A DNA stretch of 64,000 nucleotides from Tubulanus polymorphus (GCF_964204645.1 NC_134028.1:3348001-3412000), one strand, 5' to 3'; shown: positions 49,009 through 64,000, counted from the stretch's first letter. The notes: generated by a model not told the origin, from the letters alone. Translations and numbers: made by a program.

Positions 49009-49282
49009 CTGAAACGAAATAAAAATAACAGAAAACTTAAATACGTTGGAATATATTAAACTAGATATGATTTAGTACTATTCGAGTTTTTAGTGTTGTT
49101 TTTACTTACTTTATTACTGGCAAAAGATTCGGATTCATAAATCGAAACTCATTTAGGAGCCTTAAAATTGTTGCAGTTTTATGTCGATTAAGATTTCCAA
49201 ATTCAATGACAACAGAAGTCAACAGGCCTGAGCCTGAAGTTTCGATGATTCACTGGCAACATCGCGATCTTGTGTGTTTATA
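49009..49282 (-). promoter_or_regulatory. Ninjurin promoter and 5' UTR: TATA box, non-coding exon 1 and 101-nt intron
   Basis: Minus-strand TATAAA at 49282-49277; Inr-like CAGT near 49253; GTAAGT donor at 49109; pyrimidine tract and CAG acceptor ending at 49009. Confidence 0.6.
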
Positions 49283-51925
49283 ATACCCTCATCAGTGAAC
49301 AAAATGTACACAATAAATGCACGCTCAAACCCACATGCAAAACGATAATCGGTAAAACTATATCGATTGTAAAGGGATAAATATGTGGAACATCTGTCCT
49401 CAATTACCTTTCCACTATCGGGGGAAGGTCCGCGCTACGGTTCTATGGTTGTACGGATGGGAAATACCGTAACTTTTTGGTCGCATCTTTTCACCAATGA
49501 GGTCGATTTCAATTAAGAATGACGTATTCTCAGTTGATAGTATTCCATACACCTTATATACGTTCAGACGCTCGGACAATCGAGATGTGTTTACTGATTC
49601 TTGCCACTCCTAGATTTAAAGCTTTACCGGGAAAGCTACCACGTGCGTTTCGCCGCGGGTTGAATGTTCCCCCCTTTGACGGCGATTTCCGATAACTCCC
49701 GTCTTATAATTCAAGTTGACAGGACGCAAGATTAAAACGCATGCTCCGTAAAAACATCGACCAACTGTTCTGGAGATATTAGATTAACTGTCACCTGTTG
49801 ACGACGTTTGCGTCAACATGAAACAATACCAAAACTCGCCTGTGATACACGTCGAGTTTAATGATATTCCCCCGATACGACGGATGCCGCGATACCCGTT
49901 CTCTGAACTTCCGAAATGCCCGAAACAGGATCGCGCGCTAATTTCATCGACAAAGTTCAATGCACAAGCAAAATCGAATCTTCGCGGTTTTCAGGCTTAT
50001 TATTTGCCATATCATGAAGCCTTTGATCCTGCGGTGTGTATTTCTAGACAATCAAACGCGAATTTCTGGCGAACAGATCTTTTGAGGTTTTCGCACGCGA
50101 GGTGTGACAACTTATTGTATTTGCTGTCGATGAGATGCTGGGCTGTTCTCTTTATTGATGATAAATCAAATCAATGTAAAAAAAACGTCGCTCGATATGA
50201 AGTTGAAAAGTAATTCTTTACTAGTTTAGCAGCCTGCACACTCAGACATGGAGAGCAGATAAATCAAATTACGGGATATTTCCGACTCTTCCCGTCGTCT
50301 TTTAGGTTTGTATCTAGTGGGTTTTAATCAAGTGAGTCTATACATTTCAAAGTTCCGTTTAAAAGTCTACATACCGTGACCATGACCCAGTTACGGCCCA
50401 GTTTGACAGTTCATGAATATTAGAAGGTCGTACAAAGTTACAAATCATTAATTGAGGCAGCATATCATCGTTTTTTTTCAAAGGTTATTTAATCCGTAAA
50501 TAAATAATGAATGAATAGATAAGAGAGAGAGAGAGTTTGATATGTTGTGAAAAACGTTCCTACAAAATGTAGGACTTGAAACAAAAAATGCATCACGCAG
50601 GAACTGTACCCTTGAGCACGGGCGTAACATGAAGTTATGACGTCAATTATTCGTGATGTCATTTTTTATCGTTTCATTTTTTCTTCGTTATTCCAAAACA
50701 GCGATGTTTCTAACGAATAGAAATTTCTAGAAAGAACAATTAATAATTCATTCAATTATGCAGTATTCCGGATACAGGAACATCGACGGGCTGTGCAGTA
50801 AGTATACGGCCTTCGACGTATTCTATGCGATACTAAGATTACGAAATGAAGGTTATGATTTATGTTTATTCTTTTAAAGTAAAACATTCCGATCTTTCTC
50901 TTGCAGCTTTCGGGAACGCGTGGGTTCAAGAATGCATTTTTTCGAACGAAATGCGACGAGATTCGTTTCATTTGTATTGGTATCGATAACAAATCGTCAA
51001 GTTTCATGTGATGATTTGAATTATGAACACGCCTTATAGTGACTGGTGGCCTACCTAGCCCAGCGGCATCACTATAAATAACACGCAACAAGGAAGCGTT
51101 TTTTTTTTAAATACGGAATTCGACTAAATAACGAAAAAAAAAATACACTTTCATCTTCCACAGTCGATTTAAACGAACATCAAACGAAGGAAAACCACGC
51201 GAATTCCATTGTGATTATTAAGCCTGTTTATTCGCCGTGTTTTAAGCTAACGTTTTTATAAATCCCACATTTTCTCGACGCCCACGCAACGCATTTAAAG
51301 CCGAGGCAAAAAGCTCGTCGGCAAGCGCTTTAAATTGATGTTTTATTTGCCGAGAAGGTAGATTATTTGAACAAGGGTTATTGGAATAAATGGCCCTTTT
51401 AGACGTGAAGTGATGTGCAATGTTTGGGAAGATGAAAGCAGACGCCTGTTGGTACGTGTATACGTATATCTGATATATTCTGAATCTGATATATATATAT
51501 ATTATATAACATTCAAGCTTGTTGTCAAAAAGCTGTCTGGGAAAATAGAGAGATGATAGAATCGTGCAGTTTTGTTGACATTTTAACGTACGTTTGCATT
51601 TGACTACTGATCAATCTATTTACTTGAAGAAAATTCCTTGCCTTTATCTATGTTTTTGGCTTTCAAGCGCCCTCATATGCACATCACAAGAATTCTACCT
51701 ACTCGTCCGAATCAGCTACCATAGTATATCTTCCCCAAGTCATTTCTCATTACGCTTGAATTGCAACTCTGTATCCAAGGAACGTATTTCAATGTATTTA
51801 GATCTCGAGATTGGAACTGGGTCCAGCAATATAGATCCGAGCAGATTATGACATCAGCTTCTTTTGCCTCGGTTGTACTCGTTAGCACACGATGACCGTA
51901 GCTGAACCATGGCTTTTGTAAGTGT

Positions 51926-52192
<267 letters not shown>

Positions 52193-53904
52193 AGCCTTTA
52201 TGCATCGTTCTTAAAATCTCTGACAACAATCTTGCGTTCATTAATTGACAACTAAGCCCAATTCGTAATAATTTGTTTTCTACGTCAGCAACAAATTGTG
52301 GTCCAGTCATCAAGCTTTCGTAAAGTTATTGGGCAATAAATTGAGTAATAATTTTTGCGGATATTTTATCCACCGTTCTGACACACAGAGAATAGATGAA
52401 CAACGCTTTCCTCTTTCTTTTCTGAGACAGTATGCACCAGGCTCTAAGCCTGAAATGAGGCTGACATATTTTTCTGGTGCAGGTTCTCGAAGGTCGTCGA
52501 TCGTCAAAAATTCAAAGCCGTGAAAAAAGACGGCGAATCCTGTGTTGGCAGACTGTCCAGGGTTCTGGATAAAGCGGACACTGCGTTCTAAATTAATGAG
52601 GTATTATAACTATCTATGTGGTCGGGATTATTCGGGGATTTTCGCGGAACGAAGTCACTTATTTTCTCGGCGTTACTTACCCTTGATGTACGTCTTGACA
52701 AGACGCTATGATTGACGAGGTGCCTAGAAGAAAGCACAGATATTTCACTGATTCACGCTTTTTTATCCATCCACCGATCTACGGACCACTGGTATGAAGT
52801 ACGTGTCATTGGTTCACGCTGCCTCTATGGCCTATAGCAAAATATAAACCCGAGAATTTTGTTTTCAAATATTTTGATGAACTAAGGTGAGATTTTCAAA
52901 GTTCAATGCCACGAGCTATTCGTGCTGATAGATAATAGCAGTTCTGTTTCAATTTTTTTCTATATCACCCATTCGCCCTGCCTCAAATCATATTGATAAT
53001 ATTTTGAATATTTGATATGAATATGTTGAGTGACATCAGAACCTCGATAGTTATACATTTCGCCTATTCCACTCGATATATGTATTGACAACGTGCTTAG
53101 TTTTTAGCGATGATGTTAAGATGAATTGATTGCATTTAAATATATCATTCGCTTTCGCAATTGCAAAAAAAACGACTGTTGGGTGAACGTTTTTGTATGA
53201 ACGTGTATATTCTAAGGCTTGAGTTCTATTTATAAGACATCGGCGGTGACGTATAATGTATTGATTTCAAAGTGTATTTATGCAATTAAAATGGCATCGC
53301 TTTACTATTTGAAAGAAAGATTATTCTAGGCTGCAGGGGTTTGACATTAAATCGTCGGAATAACCACCATTTTGCGTTGATGCAGTATTGTTTGTTGATA
53401 TGTAAAACGTTTAAATACATTCAAGTGAAATGTCACTGAACGGAAATAGATGAACGGGGCTAAATATAGCTATTAACTTACATTGATAAAAATATATGTA
53501 TGCGCAATGCTACTGTAATCTCGCAATTTTGATTGGACCCTACGAGCAAACTATTTCTAATGTCTCATTTTTCTGGGTGTTTCCTTTCATTCGAGCAGCC
53601 CTTTTGATTTCGAAATTAACTTTCTAATTTGACCACACCCATTTCAATTACCAATCTTATCATGAATTTCATGAAATATGAAGCTGTATCGTAATTATGG
53701 TGTTCTTAATTTCATATTACAATTGAAATCAATCCAATCACTGATGGGATAAACTGTGTACAAGCTGGGTACAAGGGACCATACCTCGTTGTCGTATGGA
53801 CGCTGTTGAATTTTGTAAACGTTCCCATTCAACATAAGTATGTACATGTATTCATAAAGAAAGATACTCCTCAACGTGAAAGATTTAGAATGGTGGAAAA
53901 TAAT

Positions 53905-54237
53905 TGTTCGATTGCTCTCGTCCGTTCCAATGTCCGAATTGTTCGCATGTCCGTGTTCGATTGCTCGTATCCGTTCCCATGTCCGAATTGTTCGCATGTC
54001 CATGTTCGATTGCTCTCGTCCGTTCCCATGTCCGAATTGTTCGCATGTCCGTGTTCGATTGCTCGTGTCCGTTCCCATGTCCGAATTGTTCGCATGTCCG
54101 TGATCGATTGCTCTCGTCCGTTCCCATGTCCGAATTGTTCGCATGTCCGTGTTCGATTGCTCTCGTCCGTTCCCATGTCCGAATTGTTCGCATGTCCGTG
54201 TTCGATTGCTCTCGTCCGTTCCCATGTCCGAATTGTC
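53905..54237. repeat. 49-bp minisatellite, about 6.8 copies
   Basis: Unit tgttcgattgctctcgtccgttcccatgtccgaattgttcgcatgtccg starts at 53905, 53954, 54003, 54052, 54101, 54150 and 54199. Confidence 0.95.
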
Positions 54238-55723
54238 CCCATTAAATCCGTTTTTTTTCTATTTACAGACGATCTATTGCTTCGTCTGCTTTTAATGGTC
54301 GTCTTTCTCGAAATGTCATGGTTGTTCCGACAGACGTCGGCCCAGCTCCAGTCGAATGTGAAATTCGTATACGACCTTTTCATACGCTGGGTGTCTAGAT
54401 CGAGTTTTGCGAGGGCGGATCTGTACCGCTACGGGCAGGTTGTTGGTTGGTCTTTCTTCACTTCCATCAACGAGTCAAACAAACAAAACCGCGTTGATTT
54501 TTTCCAGGAAATCCAGGCGCTTAATGCAACTGATTCGCGAACTATACAAATAACATCCGACACATTGTACAAGAAAATAGGAACGTTTTGTGTTTTCGTC
54601 ACCATCCGGACTACATGCAATAAATGTACGGCTAGAAATTGGATTTCTGTCGCTGAAACTGAATCAGCATGGCGAGTTTTAAAATTTGATTTGCGCCTTC
54701 GTTTCTAGCGCCGATAATTCACTGCCTAGTATCGAGAAATCTTTAATAAATTCTCAAACCCCCAGGGATATAGTTTTCCACAAGATTTGGAAAAATGAAA
54801 TTCGAAATCGAAAATTAAGCCATCGTTGCCTCTTACATTTTCCTTCGTTCGATTATATACACGTGTAGCTTTCATATTTCTGTTTATTTCAAATCCTCGC
54901 AGTATTTTTCAATGACAAACTAAGCGATTTCTCATCGAGCGCAGGTGGTTTTCATTAATTCAGATGGATCAGAGAAGACGGCTTTCTTTCCAACGCGATT
55001 GGTGACGATACGAAAGAATTATGCGGATTTTAAGGAAAAAAAACAGATTAGAACGAGGAATATTTTTCAGCTCGTTATCAGGCAGAAGCTTCACTCGGCG
55101 TCGATCACAAAGGTAGAAATCAATGGCGGCGCATATAGGCGTGGGAGGCAAGCGCCTGAGTGACGTATCTCTAATTTACAGCTGTAAACCGAAGGTTGAT
55201 GATCATCTTTGCGTTCTTATCGTGTCTTTGCAGAAACCCAAGAAACTGCGTCTTATCTCAAAAACAAATTGACACAAAACAACGCTCTATAAGACGCGAT
55301 GCGCCGCATCAAGCTTAATTCTTTTCCCGTTACAGATTGAAAATTTAATTGCCATATACAAAAACCAGCAGTGTTTTTTATACATGCGCTTCTAGTTCAC
55401 GTATGAAGAACAATCGAAAGTTTTCTTTCCATTTTGGGTAAGATTGTAGTCGGCGAACAGCAATGGACATCATTAAAGAAAGGCATATATAATTGTTTGA
55501 AAGCAGGGTCGGATAGAAGGGGGACCTAAGCGCGGGCCTCCCTTTTTTGTCAAGATATAAATGTTCACAGAAGCATTAAGAAAGTTATACATACAGTGGT
55601 AAATTATTGCCTAATCATTGCTGAAGGACTATTCACAATTCCTGTATCCACCCCTGGAAAGGAAAAGTAAAGTGTGGGTCAAGATGGCGTAACAGAACGC
55701 TGCGCTTTATTTGCAGTGAAAAC

Positions 55724-55967
55724 TAGTTCATTTTCAACTAAATTTGAACTGGAATTTTAGGCTTCCAAAACCGAAGATCATCAAACAAGTCATCAAATAG
55801 GCATTAGATTCACTTCCCCACTGTATACGGTTTAGATATCATTGAATTAGTTCATTTTCAACTAAATTTTGAACTGGAATCTTAGGCTTCCAAAACAGAA
55901 GATCATCAAACAAGTCATCAAATAGGCATTAGATTCACTTCCCCACTGTATATGGTTTAGATATCAT
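55724..55967. repeat. Tandem duplication, period about 124 bp
   Basis: tagttcattttcaactaaat...tttagatatcat occurs at 55724 and 55848 with few mismatches. Confidence 0.9.
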
Positions 55968-56449
55968 CGAAATTCGATTTATGGAATGTAGAAGTTGATT
56001 CGAATTTAACCGATTATATTGACCAATACGCCGACCCCTGGTGGGTCGTCACGTAATCCTCGCTTGTCGCAGTAGCTGTGCCGACCCCGCATTCGAAATA
56101 GGCCTAAAAAGACGCCCTCGTCGGTTAATCGCAAAAGAAACCGTTTAACATGTATACGTGGCTATATAGAGCGATGAAGAAGTCATCTTGCGTCATCTTT
56201 CTACGTGGGACCGTTTCTTATTTATTCTACACGACCGCCAGTAAATCATTTGCCTGTGCCAATATGCACACAGTGACACGCCGAGAAGAACTTCGGCGGA
56301 AAATTCCATCATAAACTGCGACAAAACATCAATGATGTCGCGATGCGAGAGTAACAGTGAAGACACCTTCATTAAATGATATTTTACGCGGTTGCCAGGG
56401 AGATATGGGTCACTAGAAAAACTCACGCTTCAGCGGTGATAGTTGATAG

Positions 56450-56580
56450 CTGATGACGTCATCAGGCAGCGGTGTTTGCTTTCCATTCATTCTATCAACG
56501 ATTCGACATCTTCTTTCGGTAGTGACGTCATCGTAGGCTCTCGACGGGTATAAGTGTGGCTCTACTCGTTCACTGGAATT
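56450..56580 (+). promoter_or_regulatory. Candidate CRE/TATA promoter of a downstream gene
   Basis: Full TGACGTCA sites at 56454 and 56523 followed by TATA-like TATAAG at 56549; CpG-rich leader; donor-like AG|GTAAT at 57365. Confidence 0.4.
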
Positions 56581-59500
56581 AAATCGCTATATGTCGCCTT
56601 TCATCAGCAATACGATCAGATTCCTCGATAAACTGCGCAGTTTTCGGTGTCTCCAAAACCTAGCGAGAAACACCAAGTTAGTCTGCGACAAAAACCATAA
56701 CAAGGTGAAGGACGCATGAGCGTGACCGTGTCGACTGACCATTTGACAAGGAATGCCCTACTTCCGTTCGCAGCTTCTACGTCATCGCAAATATTCTAGA
56801 AACGCTCGCTAACGTTGTCTTCATTGAGACTATTATTTTATGAGCCAAACGATAACGTTGTTGCTACGAAACAACGTATTTTATACTGAGCAATAATAAG
56901 ATACGTATATCTAATATCTGTGTAAATTTCTCTGGGCGAAGCCTGTGAACAGTGTCAGTTTGGTTTCCAGTGTACGGAAACAGAGAAGTCGAGAGAGGAA
57001 ACGAGAGACTGTATTTTACTGCGACGGTCTTTTTGCACGCCGACGTCGAGTCTTTTGTTCGAATCGATCCGACTGCGGGGAGATGGTTTTACCGGTTCAC
57101 GGTACATACTGCATATCGGTTTTTACGGCTCGGCGTTAGTGACATCATCAACGAGCTAGTGACGTCACCAAGCAGCCATCAGCGTCGGCGTTTATAACGT
57201 CGCGGCGTGCTTCATCGGCAATGATTCGACGACGTCGAATGTTAACACGCGCACGGTTTGAACGCTGTACGACGTTTTGACGACGAATTTGATAAGAAAC
57301 GTGTTCGTTAGAAGCCGCAGATTGACCAGAGTCTGGATTTACCAATAACATTCTACTTAATTAAGGTAATTTACAAACATTTATTTATATATACTTCGCG
57401 TTGAGTTTTATGCGTATTTTTTATTTTTCAATGAAATCTGATTTTTTAATCTACTTCATGAAATTCGACGTTGGAATTGATGCTTACAGATGAAAACATT
57501 TATACAATCGGCAATTGTCATTGAATGTAACAATTCTATCATTCGCTAAGTTCATTAATGATTACATTGGACTAAGGTTATATGAACATCTTCCTAAAAA
57601 AGCTTGTACGGCATTTCTATGGCAGTATTTTGAAATTTGATAGCGACTTCTTTTTTGAGATACATCGTGTGTTTTCACAAAACTGGTGTTCGTGTCACAC
57701 GAGTGATATTGTTTGAAGGTTTGTCCACGGACTCTAAAACGAAAGAGTCCGCGGTTTATTGATGGAATCAGTTCGAACATAAAGGTGTTCGCAGCTGTTA
57801 AGGATTATACGATACGCTTTGATATCTGAGGAGAGCGGAGTGCGGTCGTGTATATCTGATACACAGCAATATTCAACCGCGGCGTCTGTCGTGATGACCT
57901 TGACTGTTCGTTTTGACAGTCGTTCTCGGCTGTCGGTGATTTATCGTATGAATATTCTGTGGGATCCGGACAGATTTTGTAATCTAATCAAAATTGTTTG
58001 GTTTATGATTTATCTAAACGCGACTAGGTTCTCACCCGATGACTGCAGCTTATCATTGAGCCGTAAGTCTTTTGGGCGGTGTTGCTCGGTCCAAATAGCA
58101 TTCATTTTCGATATCATAGGTAAGAATCTTATTTCACCGTCAATCGGTATATCATTTATTCATCTCATTTTTACCTGCTCGATGCGGGCACTCCCTCGTG
58201 CGAAGGGTTTGGCTCGTGTTGACAATTTAATTAGAACATGGATTAAGAGTTTACGCGTCAATTATCACATTGTTCTTGCGTTAATTAATTGAGAGCTTCT
58301 TCTAAGAAGCATGTTGTGAGTGCTGTGAGGACGAGTGGTTTAAGGCTATTCGAACATGAATGAGAGTTTCCTGGTCGAAGGTTCCTTTCGGCCTCTCCCC
58401 TTCCATGGGTAAAAGAAAGATTGGCCAGGCTTGAGTTCCATCCATCCGTCAAGCCATTCGCTTTCGTGAATTGCTGGTGTGAATCAAATGAAAATATATA
58501 CATCTTTATTTCACAGTTCCTTGGCCTAGACTCTCACGCCTAATAAACATAAATAAACGCGAGTTTGTGTCATTCATTATCACCTATTCATCACTAGAAT
58601 CCCCCTGTTAGGACATCTCCGTCCAAACCGTTTACAGCTTTTTCAGGCCCTCGTGTTGTAAACGGTCCACTTAATTGGAGAAAATGTGTGAAAAGCCATG
58701 CATTAACGGGTGGCACCTTGCTAATGTACCCCTCCAGATGATGACCTCATTCATAGAGGAAAGGTTTTCATCCTGATCGGCCACACCTTTGTTCTATTTG
58801 TACCAAGGGAACCTCCCCGTCGTACGACTATATATACGATTCGCAGAGATTTTTAGGCTTAGTAAGTCTAATATTATTAACGAATTGTCGTTAATTCGCA
58901 TCGGGAATCTATAATTGGATTATGTCGTCATCACGAAGGCTAAATTCAATTTCGCGCGTACACGCCCGAATGAATTTGAAGCGAGATCGCCATTTCGACC
59001 GAAACAAAAAAGCGATACACTTTTGCCGATAATATCGCGCGCGTAATCCGTTTGATCCAAGAATGAGAACAGCCGAACAATAAAAGCGATCCTTCGGGAA
59101 TAAACGACGCCAAACAACCTAATCCACCGTGCCTTATGAAGCAAATTCATTTTTCATGTTTTCACAGATTCTACGCTTCAGAGAACCGAGCGTTCTGCGA
59201 TGAATCTGCAATGAATTTCGATACGAACGTCCTATCATTCTCTGGCCATTGAGATGAAATCTGACTATTTTCATTGAGATGCATGCGAACCTTTTACACT
59301 CGAGCGCGGTCTGATTTTAGATCGCGATATAGATTCGCCCTTGTAGTCACGGCACCCGGCCTTTTCGCATCAGAGAGAGGATTACCCGTATTTTCTAAGT
59401 GAGAATTAAAATTCGTAATTCAATTGCTTTGAAATTCGTAGCCGTCGGCCACAATAACGGACTATTCTAACTGTTTACGTCTAATTTACTCTGCCTCCAG

Positions 59501-62500
59501 GACGCGAAGTTAATTTCAATTATTTCTAAATTTGGCGGCGAAGATATTTTCTTGACGAGTCCCTGGTGCTCACGCTATAACCGTCCATATAGTGGAAAAA
59601 GGGATTCGAAATTTATGAATGATTGCGAGATTTACGATGGTAAAGTGTCGTATCATGCAATTACGTTCAATGTCTGATTATCAATTCTGAATTAGCGAAT
59701 ATTTTTCTGGAAGAACTACGTCGATCAGAGTAGCATTTCTTCGAACAATTACGCCGTTTTTTTCGGCCGATGAAACACTGAACCCACGCACCCTCGAATA
59801 GCATATCGGTTCTTTGTTCTTTTTGTACCTTTCGCTAATTCATCCACCTACCAGTGGCGCAGCGAAGCTAAACAGCATCTGTCGACGACAATGTCTGCGC
59901 GTATACCCGTGGGATCTCTTCACCGATAAAGCGAATGAATGAAGCTGTGTAAAGGATGATGGAGCTATCAGCGTAACTAGGAAACGACGCGTATACCTCC
60001 CGCTACAAATCGATAAACAGGAAAAATGTGCACGTTGAATACAAGGTGAGGCGAGATATATCGCGATGACAAAGTTTTACGTCGTCGAAGTAGTACTAGT
60101 GAATGGCTAAACAAATTGGAGTTTTCGGTAATGGCTGTACTCATTTGGCCAATCAGAATCGCCGTCGACAACATTCATCCAATCATTGCGTAGTAACAAT
60201 TTAGTAGGATCTAAAGGACGAAGACAGTAGCGCGATCCTTTCGTATTCTCTTTTCTAAGCATGCATTCCTGAATTCATTGAAATTCTATTTCGATTTCCA
60301 ACCACATATTTTCCATGGTATGTTCAAGAGATATATACTTATCGCAGACGCCAGATGTTATGTCAAGATATTCTGATTTTTTTAAGATAGCAAACGCGGG
60401 GTAGTTTGGAGATTTGATTTCGGTCGAAGAGCGCGGGGTCATTGGTCATTGAATATCAGGGAGGTGCTTCCCCCCTCTATATCGATACATTTCATCAACA
60501 AATATTTTTTTGGACTCGGGCCATGGAAGCATCATAACTTCACTATCCGAGTTAGAAGTCAAAACAATTGGTTACACCATTCACAGCGCCCTCTAGTATT
60601 CGGAAGAAAAACGAATTAATATATTTCTACAACTTGCACCGTCTTGGAACCCTCCTCTCGAGGCTCATTTCATGTGAATCGTTACTCGATACTCGACATT
60701 CGATATCCGATAACCGTTTTGATAATTGCTCTTCGGTTTAACGTCTAGAATTATGGAGCGTACGTTCCGGTATTAATGAAACGATAGCATAAACTATCGT
60801 TTGATGGATCGGCATAATTACCGAAAACCCATCATATTAATCACTCGACTGTCTGGAAAATGCTTAAGATTTTGAGAGCGGAAAAAAGTATTCGAATATA
60901 GACGGGTGATGTACTGACGAGGAGAACTGTGGCATCTCATCGAAAATGATTGATAACTATAATAACATTATCATTTCTTATCGAAACGCAGTAGTATATG
61001 ATTAGAGAAAGTTTGTTCCAGTAACCGCAGCACGATGTCTCCTAGACGTCACCATTATTAGTTCAGAAATCTTAATTTCTACTCCGTCAAAAATGTCGCT
61101 CTTAGTCTTTTTATCGTGCTTGCTGACCCCGCCCCTATACCCTTGGCGAGAGGGGATTTATCACCAGCTGTAAAGCGTGAAATAGATTGCATGATTGCAT
61201 AATTAAAAATCGCCCTTGATTCCGTCACTCTTATCCAAACAAACCTTTTTCTATTTTTTCCAGAGATGCACTCATTGCGTTAAGTAGATATTTTTACGAG
61301 AAAATATTCGGTCGTGGATTATATCAAATACTCTTCCGTTCGATTCGAGTGTGTCTTCATTATTCATTCATTCGCATAGCGAATAAACAGAGCCCCTGGG
61401 CCGGCTCTTGATAAGGTGGTGTGACAGCGTTACCTTATTACAAAAATTACGCATATCGAATCAATCTTGTTCAAAACGCTGAAAGCAGCAAAGCGCAGAG
61501 ACTGGCGCATTGATTACTGATATTTTTATCACTGCTGTCAACCACGGAAGCCATATGTGTCTTTTAGCCGTGTATTTATAGCGGATCGATCAGTTATTTA
61601 TAGCCCAAACGGGAGAAGGTATCACGGCAACCTTGTCAAGCGGTATAGCGTACGTAGACGGATGCCTGAGCGTTCTTTTAACACCATCTCGTTCAATGCC
61701 AGAAGCCGACGACGTGTTCTCTCTCTCTCTCTTTCTCCACGGGAACTCGTTCGACATGAAATCTAACTTAACGCGGATCGCGATGTAATTACGAATTCCG
61801 CAGATGATGGCGAGAGAATGAAAGCAAGCGAAAATGAAGAATGATCTGTGCGCGCGCGCGCACACCGACCTTCAACGAATGCGGTAGAACCTTATTAAAA
61901 AGTGTGACGTATACAAAATTGATGAATGCTACAGGCAGTTTTTTGGTAAATGGGAAAATGTCGCTTCATCATTTGACTTAATGTCGCTACCACCGATTAA
62001 CTTTAAACTTGAAAGCAATCGGTGCTCTTAAAAATGTGTCTGATGAAAATACATTATATACGTATATACCCATGACATTTCTTTATGAAATACCAACCGA
62101 GGGGGATGGATGGAGAGCATACACGTAATGCACACTTTGCCCCAGTCGTGATGTCGGAATGATCATTAGTCTAACCTGAACATTAGTAGAAATTCATTAG
62201 TAGAACCCTTCTCATTAGATGTCATTATACCTATGGACATGTCCTCTAGACCAAGTTAGTAATGCTAATGGCAAGCCCTTATACTGATAGAGGTATTCCA
62301 AGCGATGGCGTTTGACTTTTAACTAAAACGACTGCTGATGTTTCGTTTGTCTACACCTACGTATTTTTCGGAGTTCTCCGAAAAAAAAAATGTTACTCGC
62401 CTCGAGAAAACCGACTGTGAAAAGGTTACATGCATGATTATGGAAAGCTTTTTTGCCCATGGCGCATGTGAAAATGCGTTATTATTTCACTTTTGTGTCT

Positions 62501-64000
62501 AATGCACGAAGCCACACGCAATACATATTAAATGCCATATCAATCATCTTAATGTTAATGAATCGATAGAATATAAAAAGTTATTTCAGAGTTTTGATCT
62601 CTTTTTTTTCTGGTTGATTTGCTCGGCAATCATTTATATTCTATACGAACAAAGCGTTAGAATACGCGAATGAGGTCAAGTTCAAGGTAATGATGTTCAT
62701 TACCGAGTACATGATAATGCGATAGAAAATTAGGGAGGAGAGATCTGAGAATTCTGAGATTACTATCATCAAGGAAATACTATCGAGTTAATTCTGGGAA
62801 GATCTCTCTAGGAGAACAATGTCGATACATCGTTTCGAAAAATCACCGCTGTTCGGTATTTGATCCCCGGCAATAATAAGGTGGCGGACACACAACCGTG
62901 ATGATGTTGATGATATGAAGCCTTCACGGGATAATCACCACTCCATTTTCTCATCACCAGTCGCCTACGACTGTCGGCTTGTGAATAAATCCAACATGTA
63001 TCCCGGCTGAAATTAAAGCTTCCTGTCGGAATCGGTGCAAAATAACACTGCAAATAAAGCCCTATTTCCTGCACTTAGTGAGTATGTTCCGGCTGCATAC
63101 ACCGATCCATGTGCTCAATCCGCCATGCTTGTAGCACGACTAACCGTTTTACTCCGTGTTTGACAAGCAATTAGTACTCGAGATGAGCATATTCGTTGAT
63201 GGACGAACGAAGATGGGACGAAAAACCATCGCCGAAAACCTGCAGCATATCGGTTTCATCGCTGTCAAATGCCGAGACACGTATTAAAAGGCGAAGAATA
63301 CAATTTTGTTGCGCTTTTCTGAAATGTCTGAGGTAATTTGCGCTGTAGATTTGTTCATTCACACAGTAATAAAGTGGGTGTGTGTAATGTAGAGAGGAAG
63401 TTTAGAAGTTTTTATCAAATGACTTCTGGTTGCGTGTGCGTTGTAACTTGAGGCGAGTAAAAGTCTCTAATTTTTTCGAATCGTGGGCTGGCGTCTGCGA
63501 CACCTTTCCCGTAGCAGTTGCGGCAGAGACAGCTATCTATTATGGTCGTTTAAATTGATATTACCATTCCCTGCGGACTGAACCTAATACGTGCCATTTT
63601 AATGATGCTAAAATGATAACGTTTCGCTGCGCTTAAGATATCTTTTACCCGTTGAAATATATCATGCCTTGTGCGGTCGGTACCGCGGCACCCACCCCCA
63701 CATCTTTGAATGGATATTGTTACTCCGAGCTAGAAGAAAAAGAAGTGCACTCGAGCTACTTAAGAATAAGATAAAGAAATTTTTCCGAACTGTGTTTGTT
63801 GATAAATGTTAAGATTTTTAAGGAACGTCGCCGCAATATTTCAGATGAATGTTTTATGAATTCTTTATTCAATTCGTTTCCGTCTCAGTGGGATCGGACA
63901 TTAGCATCGTCATTTCGTATATTCGAAATTGTCGGTGATTTAAACAATAGTTCATCAAATATAGAACATAAATAGATATAGATTGTGTGTGATGTGGAAG

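Noticed and set aside
53695-54708. 300-aa Cys-rich ORF and overlapping ORFs; possible CRISPR-like array
   Set aside because: Produced by a 49-bp head-to-tail minisatellite with no unique spacers and no cas genes; the context is eukaryotic.

Overview
AT-rich eukaryotic genomic DNA with GT-AG introns, from an invertebrate animal (bilaterian by inference from gene content); CpG does not look strongly depleted. I spliced four kinds of protein-coding gene by hand. (1) The 3' part of a neuregulin/vein-like ErbB-ligand gene (+, 9998-25542: Ig, S/T/P-rich spacer, EGF, TM, cytoplasmic tail). It has two mutually exclusive exons for the C-terminal half of the EGF domain, resembling the vertebrate NRG1 alpha/beta arrangement. 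(2) A complete 8-exon minimal astacin metalloprotease (+, 30140-32438). (3) Two tandem intronless class A GPCR paralogues (-). (4) A ninjurin-family gene (-) with an unusual Glu/His-rich insertion of about 80 aa. Non-coding highlights: two copies of a palindromic element flanked by target-site duplications (TSDs) and carrying minimal hammerhead-ribozyme cores (Penelope-like; one copy has both cores intact, inside an astacin intron), several MITE families, micro- and minisatellites, RBFOX-, Pumilio- and CTCF-like motifs, and a candidate CRE-driven promoter near 56.5 kb. Most ORFs in the supplied track are spurious.
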